A stretch of DNA of 63,285 nucleotides, filler included, from Kipferlia bialata (taxonomy: Eukaryota): NCBI GenBank assembly GCA_003568945.1. It is 3 parts of 3 records of this genome, joined end to end, with 100 filler letters (N's around TTAATTAATTAA, not from the genome) between each part and the next. Parts side by side here need not be neighbours in the genome. Positions count along the whole stretch, not along the records: positions 21,151 to 42,191 come from BDIP01000343.1; positions 42,292 to 63,285 come from BDIP01000345.1; 1 more part is not named here. One strand, written 5' to 3'. A model generated the notes under the pieces. That model ran no database searches, was not told where the DNA came from, and worked only from the letters and a program-made list of their open reading frames with translations. Below are positions 37,018-51,215 of the stretch, one piece after another. The translations under genes and the position numbers were made by a program. Each line of letters opens with the position of its first letter. Position 1 is the first letter of the stretch.

Positions 37018-40000
37018 CGGTGATCATGGGCCATGAGGTGTAGCCTGTGCTGTGGTGAGTATATAGGGTGTATACAGTGAAGGGTGTGTCCAGAACATGG
37101 AGCTATGAATGCTGCGAGATATATCTGTAGAAAGAGACAATGCTGAGAAGAGGTCTCAGCGACAATATGTACAATTATGTACATATACGTACCGCTTGAG
37201 TGTTGGGTACACATCTGTGAACCCGTTCCACACCAGGGTGGAGTTGGCACCCAGATCATAGGCCTCGAAGGAGACATCACTGAGTGTAAGGGTGTAGGTA
37301 GAGAGAAACTGTGAATAAGGGTGTAGGTAGAGAGAGACTGATTGAGCCAATGGTCACTTCGAAAGAAACAATAATATGGAAAGATAATGGGAAACACACA
37401 GTGTTTAACACAGTGGGACTACTTATCAGTCAGTAGTAGACTCACACATACCTGATAATTTGTGAACACTACGAATATGGAGTTGGTAGCACTCATACAC
37501 ACTAATACTATCAATGTACCCAGACCCACCTGATAATGTGTGACCATTCAGAGCTAGCCAGCTGTGCCAGGGCGTCACGATAGTCGACCTGGTGGTAGAG
37601 TGGATCCAACTGCATATGATATGGCTCCGTATGCTGCGCAACACAATGAACTGAGGTGTGTATATATAGCAGGAAAGAAGACTAACAAGCAGTGGGGGGA
37701 CGTCAATTACTCAGTCACAATGTAGGTAGAATTGCAAATGTACCCTCGTCATTCTGTCACATCAGTTAACGCAACAGTAACGAAACTGTATATATATATA
37801 TATATAGTTATAGTAACTATATATGGCGTCAGACATGTGGACGCTATTGTGCATAGAGAGTGATAACGTGCAACTCACCTTGTCCAGATACTGATACTGT
37901 TATCATATATATATCTATATATATATACCTGTATATATATATATACCTTAATTCTAACATGTTTCGTCCACACACCTCGTCCTCACATCTCTGCAGGCAT
38001 ATCCAGGTAAACACACACACACACACACACATATATGTATATACATATATATATCTCAATTCTAACACCTTTCATCCACATACCTCGTCCTCACATCTCT
38101 GCAGGCATATCCAGGTGAGGACACGTCTGTCAGGGGGGTGGAGGGGGGTGGAACCTGGTGGTGTTAGGGGGAGATACACGCAACGTAGGGTAAGAGTATG
38201 GAATATACACTATTAATAGCATGGACTAGTACACTGTTCCTAGACGTGGCCTTACCCATGATGAGGAATGACCCCTCCGGTCCTGTCTCTATGGACTGGA
38301 CCACCCCAGTTGATGCTTGTACAGTATCCATGGGAATTGGAGAGAGCGTATTGTGATACTGGAGGTGAGAGGAGGTATATGGGTATGACACATGTTTACT
38401 GATGTGTACCCACCAGCGTGTCTGCCTCCCCTGTCTGTCCGTGCTCTGCATACCCTGTCCCATACACTGTGTGGGTGGTGTCAAGCACAAGGGTGAAGGC
38501 ACCCCCTGCCGACACTTGGGTGGCCTGGGTTAGGTATACAGTATATACCGTATATATACTATATATACGAATAACATATAATATAGTATATATCGTATAT
38601 ATACTATATATGTAGTATATATATATATATATACCGTATATATACCATATGCACGTATAGACCATAAACACGCTATATATACACATAGTATGACCCCTTC
38701 ATAAACATATGCATACCACCTAAGGTGGTCCTTCCCTTTAACAAGTATGTGTTCCTACTGATGCTGATCATTGCCAGACATGGCTATACATATTACCGTG
38801 TCTATACACCCACCTTCCCCCCCAGCACTGATGTGTCCACCAACACAGGTGTCAGGATGGCAAAGCCTAGCTCCATGTCTGCTGTTGTGTTGCCACACTG
38901 GCCATAGTCGTTGTTGCCAAAGGCGTAGACAGCGCCTAGGGTGAGGTAGTAAGATGACCTATTATCTACTATATATCATCTACCGTTGTTCCTACCCATG
39001 GCAGAGACAGCGCCTAGGGTTGGACGGATACATATGGCTGAAGTGTTGTGTTGTATACTTGTAGTAGGGCAAATACAACTACATACATGATCATGCCTTG
39101 CTCCATCAACACCACTGACTACTCCCGTCCAGATACATATATAGAGACAGATAGATACATATATGGATACCGATACATAGATACAACAGTGTCTCCCACT
39201 GTAGTCTACGGTATATGTATTAGTACACTAAGTTGTATTGTATCCACATGTATGCATACACCCACCTGACCCCATCAACACCACCGAGTGGTCCTGCCCA
39301 CAGAGGACTATGTACTCTACTCCAATATGTATATATATATATGCACTAGGTGTAGTATGCACACCTGACTCCATCAACACTACAGAGTGGTCCTGTCCGG
39401 CACTCACAGACACTGGGGTGTCAGTGTCCCAGGTGGGGGTCACCTTCGGGTCAGCATAAGTAACATATACTAATACAAACACTAAAGTATATATATATCT
39501 ATAGTATATGTTTACATCCCCATGTATCTGTCAGCGACCCAGGAAGGGGTCACCTCAGTATCAGAAGGGCAATTTATATCATCCACATTATGCATGGGTA
39601 TACGGATTGATGGTGCTCCCTATATAGTGAAGTAGTGGTACTTCAAATTAGTGGCTGTACGTACCAAGACAGGTGATGTTGCGCGTGTCTCGAAGTCCCC
39701 TGTCCCCAGCTCTCCGGCGTCGTTGTCACCAAAGGCATACAGAGAGCCTAGGGGTAAGTGGGTGTATATACCACACACACGTATATACATCTGAACACAT
39801 ATATCCAGATACCCTAAGAATACTTGCCATTGACAAGTTGCCAATCATCATACTTATTGTTGTCTCCAAAGGTATACACAGAGCCTAAGGGTGGGGTATC
39901 GTTGTACACATCAACATGTATGTACATGATTGCATGGTGGCAAAGCACTGCCCCACCTGTGTCTGTTATGATGAGGCAGTGCCTCTCGTTACAGCTGGCG

Positions 40001-42074
40001 TCCACGATAGGTACATCTGGGGTTGGGAATATAGACTTCAGAATGTATCTGATAATGATACTGACGCAACGGGAATGTCTAGTTGGGGTACATGGGATTT
40101 AGGACTTCATTCCCACTAGCTTCGAATAAGGGCGCATCCACACACCTATGTCTATGGGCGTGGGTGTCTCAATGACCCAGGGGTGGACACTGGGGTCAGG
40201 GTATATAGGATATACAAGATTACCTCTATCTTATACCCTGTGTGTCACTTCCTACCAGCCACACCCAGTCTGTCAACTCATACAGTGAAGGAGAATAGAT
40301 CCATTATTCCAACAAGCCCTACACTACCCCCACCCACATACATTTCTGAGTATATGTCGATGTCTTGCCCACCTTCCACACCCTGTCTGTCCACTCCTGT
40401 CATCCCCACAGGACAGCATCACTCCCTGCAGTGAGAGAGAGAGGATATGAATTCATATATATATCATTATGACACACGTAGTTCTCTGAAATATCCTCTC
40501 AGGACAGCGTCCAAACCGACTCAGCGAGAGGCGTATGGTAGAAGTCTATCCAACGTGTCTCCTCACCTTGTCCGTTAAGAAGTGGGATGTGTACCCCCCC
40601 GCCAGCACCCTAGTGACTGACCCATAGGCATCAGGGACAGACACGACAATGGGAATGGGTCAGAAGGGAGAGGTGTATATATATATATACACTAATTCAT
40701 ATACTTTTACATATATAGATATGGTTATTAATATGTACAACGGTATTAGGATATATACGACAATGGGAATGGGTCGGGGGGCGTATGAGTATATATATGT
40801 ATAGATACATGTATAGGTATATATACATATATATGGCAAATATTCATATATGCATCAGACAATACTGTGGGAATGGGTCAGAAGGGTGTAGACTCATTGA
40901 ATATATATAGATATAGATATAGTGTATAGATACATATATGCATCTGGGTATATATTCGCATATGCATCAAGGATAGACAAGACAAAACGGATGGGAATGG
41001 GAAAGATAGGTGGTGTATGAGGATATTTATATATATATAGAGAGAGAGATGAACAATAATATATATAGATGGTTCAGAATACTACCGACCAGAGTATATA
41101 TAGATAGGTTGTGTAGTTATTACTAACAGTTCGGATAGCTAATAGGGGACGTCACAAACGTACGTGGTAGTGTACTCATTGACATCCTCCCCCAGGGCAT
41201 GGAGGTTGTTGGAGCCAAAGCCCCACACTGACAGTCAGTCAGTCACACACACACACACATATATATACACATATATATATACATTATACTGAATGATAGG
41301 TGAAGAAGACAGTCAGGCAGGGGGGAGGGTGGGAGAATGAGTATCTAGACATGATGTAAAATATTAGGAAAGAGAGAGCATGGACCTGTGTATGTACTTA
41401 CTAGTGTGCAAATATAAGTGTATACTTCTGTGTGTCTACTACAAAGGTAGATGTCCTGTTATACTCTGATATATTGTGTAGAGACAGCCTCCATGACGAA
41501 TGTCGTATATGTATAGTATATATATAGACGACATTATATACATAATACATGGGAGAGTATGGGATGTGCCCCCTGCACCTGTGTGTGTGTCATCCACCAC
41601 CAGGGTATGGTCCTTGCCACATGCTATGGAGATGACCTGGGGTAAGGGGTGTGGGTTCACTCTACTATCAATACCCATGGCCACCACCTTCATCCCAGTA
41701 ATACTCTCTTTACTCAGTGTTGGTGTGCACATTACAACATGCATAAACACTGACATAAGTGTACATAAGTATGTATACCCTCACCTTCCTCCCCATGAAC
41801 CCCTCGGGGCTGATCAGAGTGGGTGTGTCCCGTATCTTGTGTCTCTCTGGTCCCAGCTGACCCCACTCGTTCCTACCCATGGCATAGACCAGGCCCTGGG
41901 GGGAGAGTGAATAGCAATAAGTATGTGAATATAATGAATATAGATAACAGTAAATATATTGAATAATGAATATAATACCATATATATATGTATGTATAAG
42001 TATACCTCCTCCGTCAGCACCACGCTGTGCTGCTCTCCCCCACATGCCATGACAGGGTGGTAGCCAGACCAGAC
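35082..42074 (-). CDS. RCC1-repeat beta-propeller fused to a GH18 (chitinase/chitobiase-like) domain; 5' end off scaffold, exact stop uncertain
   Basis: RCC1 blades ACGGEQHSVVLTEEGLVYAMGRNEWGQLG, IACGKDHTLVV, VSAGQDHSVVLMESGAVYAFGNNDYGQCG, VSAGGAFTLVL. In-frame splice to RVLTWICLQRCEDE..SDVSFEAYDLG..FISHALQTARINGYPGYNVDFEP (GH18 xxNxDxE)..IITMDTY..LGIGL..IREIDGW. Confidence 0.75.
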
Positions 42075-42191
42075 CTGGGGGGATCAGATATGAAGAGAGA
42101 GGTTGCGATTGGGTGGTATACAGAGCAGACTTGGGGAGAGAGAGATAAATAGGGGTGGGGGGGGGGGGGGGGGGGGGAAAGGCCAAAACGC

Positions 42192-42291
42192 NNNNNNNNN
42201 NNNNNNNNNNNNNNNNNNNNNNNNNNNNNNNNNNNTTAATTAATTAANNNNNNNNNNNNNNNNNNNNNNNNNNNNNNNNNNNNNNNNNNNN
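42192..42291. other. Artificial 100-bp scaffold spacer
   Basis: Same N44-TTAATTAATTAA-N44 layout as 21051-21150. Confidence 0.95.
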
Positions 42292-42691
42292 AACACTATA
42301 TGTCTATTTTTTTTAGTGATGTGTTCTTCCCCCCCCCCCCCCCCTTCTCACCCTCAGAGGTCAACTCTATCAAGGAGCTCTCCGCTGAGAGGCACGCTGC
42401 TGCCGTCTCCAGGATTGTCGGACTCGTGCTCAACTGCTCCGTTTAAGTACGTCTCAGCGTCTGAGCGTCTACCCCGGTAGAAGTAGTGGTCGTAGTGAAG
42501 TGACCCTCTCTGTCTATATATACTATGGAGAGATTGGGTCTTGGAGTGTTTGTAAGGGGTCTGCTTTGTGTCCCCTTTGTGTGTTGAAGAGAATACTAGC
42601 TCGAGGAGCAAGAAATAATAGAAATAGTGATTTCCTTCTTTTTTTTGTATGTCATCAATATAGCACTTCTGTCGACAATCAAACGTACAAT

Positions 42692-45686
42692 CTATTCCAT
42701 ATCTCTCAAAACAAAATGGGGGCACTGTATGTCCTCAATAAGAACAATACTGGCCCAGTTAGCATGGGCAGAGTCTCTCTCTCTGTCTCTCTCTACCTCT
42801 CTCTCTCTCTACAGTGTGTACCCATACATGGCCAGTGCCACAGCTGCACCCAGGAGGCATCCAATGAGGAGGACCCTGACAGTTAGCATATATCTATATA
42901 TAATACAGCAGCAGTGTCATGCCTTATGAATTAGGTATATAATCATAATTTACCTTGTGTCCATGCCGAGTGCTGTGCCCATGGGGTATCCCACACTAGG
43001 GGCACCCTGCTGCATGCACCTGGGTCAGGGTATGTACGTATTAATCCATACATAAACACATATATAGTAACGTATACAAAGAGTGAATTATAGAACTGGT
43101 ACTGGTATGGCCACCCTGCTGCATGCACCTGGGGTCAGTAGAGTCCATATATCTAAACACACACACACATATATATATATGTGTATAAACATGAATATCA
43201 CTCATTAATACAATACCTCTCGAACAGTGCGTGCACGTCCTCGGGTGTGACCAAAATGGCAGACACCCATGTATATACAACATACCACATATATACTTAT
43301 ATATATATATATATATACCTCTCAAACAGTGCGTGCACGTCCTCAGGTGTGACCAGGGTGGCAGACACGGCAGAGACACTCTCACTCAGCCTGAGTGTAA
43401 GAGAGAGAGAACAACACATATATACACCAAATAACTTGGTTACGAAGCAATGATACTGTAGTATAAGATATAGAATATGTAGATTGCTATATATATGTGT
43501 GTGTACATATATATATAGGTATATATATATAGATACCTCGTGAGCTGTGCCGATGCCTGTGTCTGACTATAGACACTCAAATCAATCACTATATATACAT
43601 ATATATCGTATAATGTATATACCATGCATATATATAATAGGTCTGTACCTAGTGATCTGTGCCGATGCCTGTGTCTGACTGGCAATCAGAGCATCCAGGG
43701 ACACACCATCAGCCTCTCCCTCTCTCTCTCCCTCTCTCTCAGTCTGGATGGGGAGAGAGGTCTCGGTGGACTGGCCCCTGAGGGTTAGTGAATACTCCAT
43801 GTACCAAATACATACTGTGTAACGGAAAACAATACCTAAGAGACATAATGGTGCGTGAGAGCACCCCCATCTCCATGCTCTTGGTCGAGAGCTCTCTCTC
43901 TCTCTCCTCGGCCTTGGCAAGCAGAGAGTCTCTCTCCCTCTCAAAGGTCTCCCTCTCTGCCTCTCTCTCCCTCTTGCTAGTCTCTCTCTCTGCCTCTCTC
44001 TCCTGGGCGAGGGATGATGCAAGGGCAGCGGCGGCACGCTCGGCCTGGAGTAAGAAGTATCCATATTGCCAATAATCCATCTTGTATATAGTATCATAGG
44101 TATATACATGGATGATGCAAGGGCAGCGGCGGCACGCTCGGCCTATAGTGAGACATATATCATTCTTCTTTACATTCTGTATTTAGCATACATAGAATAC
44201 ACAGGATTAATACTATATATAGTATACATAGTATATGCAGTATATGTATGCCCTATACACGTACCTCAGCCCTCTCCTCCCTCATGGTGTTCATGGCAGT
44301 CGCATATCAATGAATGTCTGCATAGTGTATAATATATGTACATATACACTTAGTGTATCTCATATATGTACCTCAGCCCCCTCCTCNNNNNNNNNNNNNN
44401 NNNNNNNGTGTATCTCATATATGTACCTCAGCCCCCTCCTCCCTCAGGGTGTTCATGGCAGTTTCATGCATATATATACAATGAATATATATATATCATA
44501 TATATATATACCTATAACACACACATATATATATATATATACCTCTGCCCCCTCCTCCCTCAGGGTGTTCATGGCAGTCTCATGAGACAGCCTCTCTCTC
44601 TCCCTCTCGGCCTCGAGAGCAGACACCTCCTGGGCGGCACTGAGGGTGAGTATATCATCTCTCTCTCTCTCTCTATACAAATTTATGTAGGTATCAGTGT
44701 AATAGTACCTCTCCCCACACTGCTTTGATCCCTATATATATATGTATATATATAAATACAGAGGCAACGTAAAGTGTATATATAACCCCCACCTCTCCCT
44801 CACTGCCTTGATCTCTGCAGAGTGCCTGGCCAGCATGGCCTCTCTCTCCCTCTCTCCCTGAAGAGTGAGGTCAGCCCTCTGCCTCTCCCTCTCTGCCTCT
44901 GCCTCTGCCTTGAGGGAAGTGGTGGACTCCTCCCTGTCCCTCTGCAGCTGGGCCTCTCTCTCCCTGAGGGCGGACTCGGCATGGGCCTGGGTGTCAGTTT
45001 CACACTCAATATCTATACTGAAATACTACATCAAGGAATAGTAGTAGTAATACAATTCATAATTGGAAGAAGAAGAATTACTGTAGTTATTTCTACATGA
45101 TATATACACTGTCAATGACAGTGTCCTACCTGGAGCTGGGCAGCCTCCAGAGCGTGCTGGGCCTAGGAGGTTAGATAGTACAGGACTAGCCTATATACAT
45201 AACTCATGTATAAAGAACATTCACTGTACCTTCAGTGCGTCCATTGCAGCTGTGTGCTCTGCCCTCAGTTTATATATATACATATGAATGTGTGTCATAT
45301 ACCAACCTTCAGTGCGTCCATTGCAGCTGTGTGCTCTGCCCTGAGTGCACTGATCTGGGTGTCATGCTCGGCCTGTCTCTCTCTCTCCCTGTCCTCGGCC
45401 TGGGGTAAGAGGTCAATTCATACATACAATATATATTCATATACCACACAAACATCTATACATATATATCACTGTATGGTCGTACCTGTCTGCTGGCCAG
45501 CATGGCGGCATAGTCCATAGCAGCCTGGGGGTGAGGGAAGAGTATTCATGAGGCTCGGGGTACATACCGACCTACACACAGATTACTATACATACACATA
45601 TATACCCATACCTGGTGGTCTGTGTCTGTGGGACTGGATGTCGCCAAATATATATCATAATACACCCACACACATAAATATAGACA

Positions 45687-45724
<38 letters not shown>

Positions 45725-45781
45725 CACAACTAGTACCTGGTGGTCTGTGTCTGCTACAGCTGATGCTGCCTAATACATAGT

Positions 45782-45822
<41 letters not shown>

Positions 45823-46354
45823 ATACATGCAATACCTGGTGGTCTGTGTCTGCTGCAGCCGATGCTGCCTTGAGGGCAGAGATGGTGGAGAGGTGGGTGT
45901 CAATCTATAGGTTAGAGATATAAGAGATATATGTATTAGTCTTGTATATATATAATTATGCATATAATATAGTGTATATGCTGCCTTGAGGGCAGAAATG
46001 GTGGAGAGGTGGGTGTCAATCTGGGTTTCAGAAGCAGCAAGAATACATTGTAGGTAATAAAGTATACTAAGATATTGGGTATGAAATATACTAGTGTAGT
46101 GATACCACCGAACCTGTCCCTGGAGCCTAGCAGCCTCTTCCTCCCTGACGCTAGTCTCTCTCTCCCTCTCCTCCTCTCTCTCCTTCCTCTCTCTCTCCCT
46201 CTCGGCCTCACACTCCTCAAGGGCAGTTGCCGCAACCTCCTTCTCAGCCACCCCCTGCTCTCTCTCCCTCTCTCTCTCCTCCTTGTCTCTCTGCCTCTCC
46301 TCCTCTGCTGCGGCAAGACGAAGGGCAAAGGCCTCGGCCTGGGGGTGAGACATT

Positions 46355-46385
<31 letters not shown>

Positions 46386-49300
46386 TGTATCTCCAATAGA
46401 AAAGATCCATCCATACCTCCTTCCTGACGTCCTCCAGCGACACAGTGGCCTCGGTGAGCTTGGACAGGGCGGCATCCCTCTCCTATGGGTAAGTGGTATA
46501 TATATGTATTTACATATATTTCCTATATCTTAGGAATACCAGTTCATACAAGGTTCGTATGAATGAAACTGTAAATGAGTTTACCTCTGTGAGCTTTGAG
46601 ATGGCGGCATCCCTCTCAGCCGCTGCCTCTCTCTCCTTCTCCCTCTCTGCCTCTAGCCCCTTGGCTGCTGTGTCCCTCTCCTCCACAAGCAGCACCTGAA
46701 GTTATGTATATTTTCATTTATATATATATATATATATATTATCCAACAAACAGCGGTCGTATACCTCTCTCTCCCTGTGTCCCTCCTTGGCAGTCTCCAG
46801 AGAGGCAGTTAGGGTGAAGACCTGGTATCACATATACATACACACATACACATATATATAAAGCATCAGCATATGTATAGTATAGATATATACTACTCTC
46901 CAGAGAGGCAGTCAGGGTGGAGACCTATGGTAACATCTATACAGTATGGATACAAGTATTGGTATGTGAGAGACAGAGTGGAGACATGGAATCAATAGTC
47001 CCTGAATATTTGTAGCTACTCCACTAGACTATACATACCTCAGAGTCAAGAGCAGCCACCCTGGCCTCCAGAGCATCAGTCTGTATATAAGGGTGTAGAT
47101 GGTATTAAGGGTGTAGAGGGAGAGAGAGACGGCGCTATTTAGTTCATAGGTACAAGGTATCACTTGTAAGAGTGACTCCTACCTCGCTCTTGGCGTTGGC
47201 GAGCTCCTCAGCCAGTGCGTCTCTCTCTCTCTCCCTCTCGTCTCTCTCGGCAGTGAGTGTCTCGGCCTCCTAGTATCAGTGTCAGAGTACGTTATAGTAT
47301 ATATATGACAAATACTCAGATATGTATGTGTATATATATATATACCTTGTCTGCGTTGGCAACGACGAGTGCCATGGTGTCTCTCTCTCTCTCTCTCTCA
47401 GCCTCCATCGCCTTGGTGTGTGCCTCTCTCTCTGCCTCTCTCTCCCTCTGCAGTGCCTCAAGAGCACTCTGGGAGGAGGTAGACAGGGAGTCGGTCACGG
47501 AGGCAGCCTAGGATTAGTATACTGATAGCTTCATATGTATATATACAAATAAATAATACTGAGTGTAGGCACTCTGGGAGGAGGTGGAGAGGGAGTCAGT
47601 GACAGAAGCAGCCTGGAGTCAACTGGTATATATATATATATATATATACTTATATATAAAAACTATAGTATATAGGCACTCTGGGAGGAGGTGGAGAGAG
47701 AGTCACCGACGGAGGAAGCCTAAGGTCAAAATATATATATATGCATTTGGAGGTATCATAATACTACAATAGACACAAATGCAGAGCGCAAATGTGTACC
47801 TTGGTAGTGATGGCCTTGTATGTGGCTGCGTTCTGCGCCTCCATCTCCTTCAGGTCATCAATGTGCTCTCTCTCCATGGCGTCTCTCTCGGCCTCAAAGC
47901 TCTCTCTCTCTCTCTCCATCTCAGCCTTGAGCGCCTCTCTCTCTCTCTCCCTCTCAGTCTCCAGAGCCTCGAGAGCAGAGGCGTGAGCGGCAACAAAGCC
48001 CTCCCTATCTCTCTCTCCCTCTGCCCTAAGGGTCTCTCTATCTCTCTCTGCCTCAGCCCTAAGGGTCTCGAGAGCACCGTAGTGCTCGGCAGTCAGGGTC
48101 TCTCTCTCCGTCTCTCTCTCGGTGTTGATAGCAGCAAGAGCAGTAGCGTGGTCAGCAGCAAGGGTCTCAAGAGCAGAAGAGTGCTCACTCCTGAGAGACT
48201 CCAGGACAGCGGTGTGCTCACTCCTGAGTGTCTCCAGAGTCTCAGCGTGGGTGGCAGAGAGTGTCTCCACCTCCTGCTCCAGTCTCTCAGTCTCCTGCTT
48301 CTGTGCCTTGAGCGCTGTCTCTCTCTCTCCCTTGAGAGTCTCCACAGCAGTGCTGTGCTCAGCCATAAGGGTCTCTCTCTCCTTCTCGGCCTCAGCCTTC
48401 ATCTCAGCCATAAGGGTCTCTCTCTCTGTCCTCAGGGTATCAAGAGCAGCAGCGTGATCAGCGGCAAGGGTCTCCATAGCAGCAGCGTGCTTAGCGGTGA
48501 GTGCCTCTCTCTCTCTCTCCGTCTCTGCCTCTAGGCTGTCTAGCTCAGCCTTGTGCTCATCAGACAGGGTGGTCTCACGGACGGCCTAAGGCGTTAGACG
48601 GAATACAGTATACTATAAATCATCGACAATAGTATTATGTCTGTATATCCCTACCTGCATTGCCTTGAGGCCTGCCAGCTCCTCAGCATGGGCCTGACTA
48701 GTGAGAAAGGGATATGTATATCCATATATGTAGGCCTAATATCCATATCAGTGTAGACTCTATAGATAAGTATGTCACAGAGATGTAATAGTATGTATAT
48801 ATCTCTCACCTTCTCACTCTCCTCTCTCTCTCTCTCCACCTCTGCCTCTCTCTCCTCTCTCTGGGCACGGGTGGTCTCCTGCATCTGCTGCACAGCGTCT
48901 AGGCCCTAATAATGAGTAAATCTATCTATCTATCTGTATATATGTAATTATACATACTAGAGGGTATATAATAATATGAATACTATGTCTCCTGCACTGC
49001 TGCACAGCGTCCAGACCCTGGGTATATATACATATGTGTACACTAATGTAGAGTATGTATGTGCATAAACTAGAGGTGTAGACCCATACCTCGGCCATCT
49101 CCTTGATCTAATATTACTATATATACATAGGTACATACAAATAAATATGGGGCCCTGTATATATGTATATGGGATGTATACTATACGGCGCTAGGCGTAC
49201 ACAATATATATATATATACCTCGGCCATCTCCTTGATCTGGGCTGCCCTGTCCTCTCTCTCGGCCTCTCTCTCCTGCCTCTCCTGGGGTAAAAGGGTGAA

Positions 49301-50025
49301 GGAGAGTGGGGACAAGAAAATAGGGGGTAGCGATAATGCCAACTGAAGGGTGTATGTAAAGAGACAGGAGATTGAAATATACCATATATACCTTCTCTCT
49401 CTCCACCCTGTGTCTCCTCAAGGCTACATCAAGGCTACATCATCACAATAACAAATATGCACATATATATATATGATGAATCCGTATATGATATCCATCT
49501 GTAAATACCTTCTCTCTCTCCACCCTGTGTGTCTCCTCCAGGGCAGATATATGTATATATATATATAGTATATGATATCTGTATATACATACCTTCTCTC
49601 TCTCCACCCTGTGTGTCTCCTCCAGGGCAGACAGGGCCTCGGAGTGGGCAGCCTCGGCCTGGGGTCAGATATGAAACAAGAGCACTATCATACCTGTCAT
49701 ACGTAAATACACAGCATATATAAGGATGTCATTATACTGTACCTTGGCCATTGCCTCTGCGTGCTCTGCGTTCATCTCGGTCAGGGCAGACACGCTGGAG
49801 GCCTATTGTGAGGCAATGAATTAAACAAGAGCATGGACCTTATATATATTACAGAATAATTATATATAGTAAAACAAATACATATACATTTGAGGCCAGG
49901 GCAGACACGCTAAAGGACTAGGGCTAGAATCAACTGCCACATAATACAAACATATTCATACACATATGATACCTGCACTTCCATCAGGGCAGCGGTGTGT
50001 GCCTCTCTCTCTCTCTCAAGGGCGG

Positions 50026-50056
<31 letters not shown>

Positions 50057-50650
50057 CTCTCTCTCCTTCTGCAGAGTGGCAATGTGTGCGGACTCGTCTG
50101 CACCGTACTCAGTACGGAGGGTGTCGTGTGTGCTTACCAGGGTAGCGTACTCTGTCTTGAGAGAGTCCAGCTCCTCCTGGGATGCAGCGAGATCGGCCTG
50201 GGATAAGTATCATGTATAACATATAGTAACAGAACTAACAAAATATATTTCGAAAATGCCGACAAACTTCTCCCTCTCGTTTAGAACCGAGAATATATGT
50301 AAAAGGGAACATATCAATATACCATCAATATACCTTGATGCCGAGTATCTCCTCCTCCTTGTCTGCCCTCAGTGCCTCCACCTCAACAAGGTGGGCAGAG
50401 ACAAGGTCCTCTCTCTCCCTCTCGGCCTCACGTCTCTGAGGGGTCAGTACTTAAGAGTTCACATACATACTGTAGATTGTATATGTGGGATCAATATATA
50501 ATTAGGTCCTCTCTCTCCCTCTCGGCATCACGTCTCTAAATGGTTAGTACACAGTAAATAATATAGAAAAGTATGCGCAACAATATATACCTGAGCTGAG
50601 ACTGTGGCCTCTCTCTCCCTGTCCCTCTCTGTCCCTCTATCTATCTATGT

Positions 50651-50685
<35 letters not shown>

Positions 50686-51184
50686 ACGATTACCTGGGAT
50701 GCCAGAGCTGCCTCTCTCCCCCTGTCCCTCTATGTCTCTATATCTATCAATGTACATATATACATGTGTATATTAATACATGTATACCTGGGCTGCCAGA
50801 GCTGCCTCTCTCTCCCTGTCCCTCTCTGCCAGTCTCTCCTTGTGGGTGTCCTCAGACAGGGTCAGGTCAGAGGCAAGAGCGGCTAGCCTGCGGTAAGGAC
50901 AAATATGTAATTCTTTTTGAATGATAATAAAAACAACAATAACCTCTAATCTACTCTCATGGAGTGCCTCGGAGTGCTTGCAGTACATCCCCCCCATTCT
51001 CTCTCCCTCTCTCTCTCTCTCTATACACTATTGTCACTATATATATACCTCTCGTTGAGTGCCTCTACCTCTGCCTGCACCCCCCTCTCGCTCTGTCTAT
51101 CTATACATATTCTAGATACACAATATATATACCTCTCGTTGAGTGCCTCTGCCTCTGCCTGTAGACTGTCCCTCTCTCCCTCAA

Positions 51185-51215
<31 letters not shown>

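Noticed and set aside
42354..42510. Minus-strand ORF as terminal exon of the giant coiled-coil gene
   Set aside because: A nearer acceptor with a CTAAC branch motif (~42750) gives an in-phase stop at 42692. This segment is unassigned.
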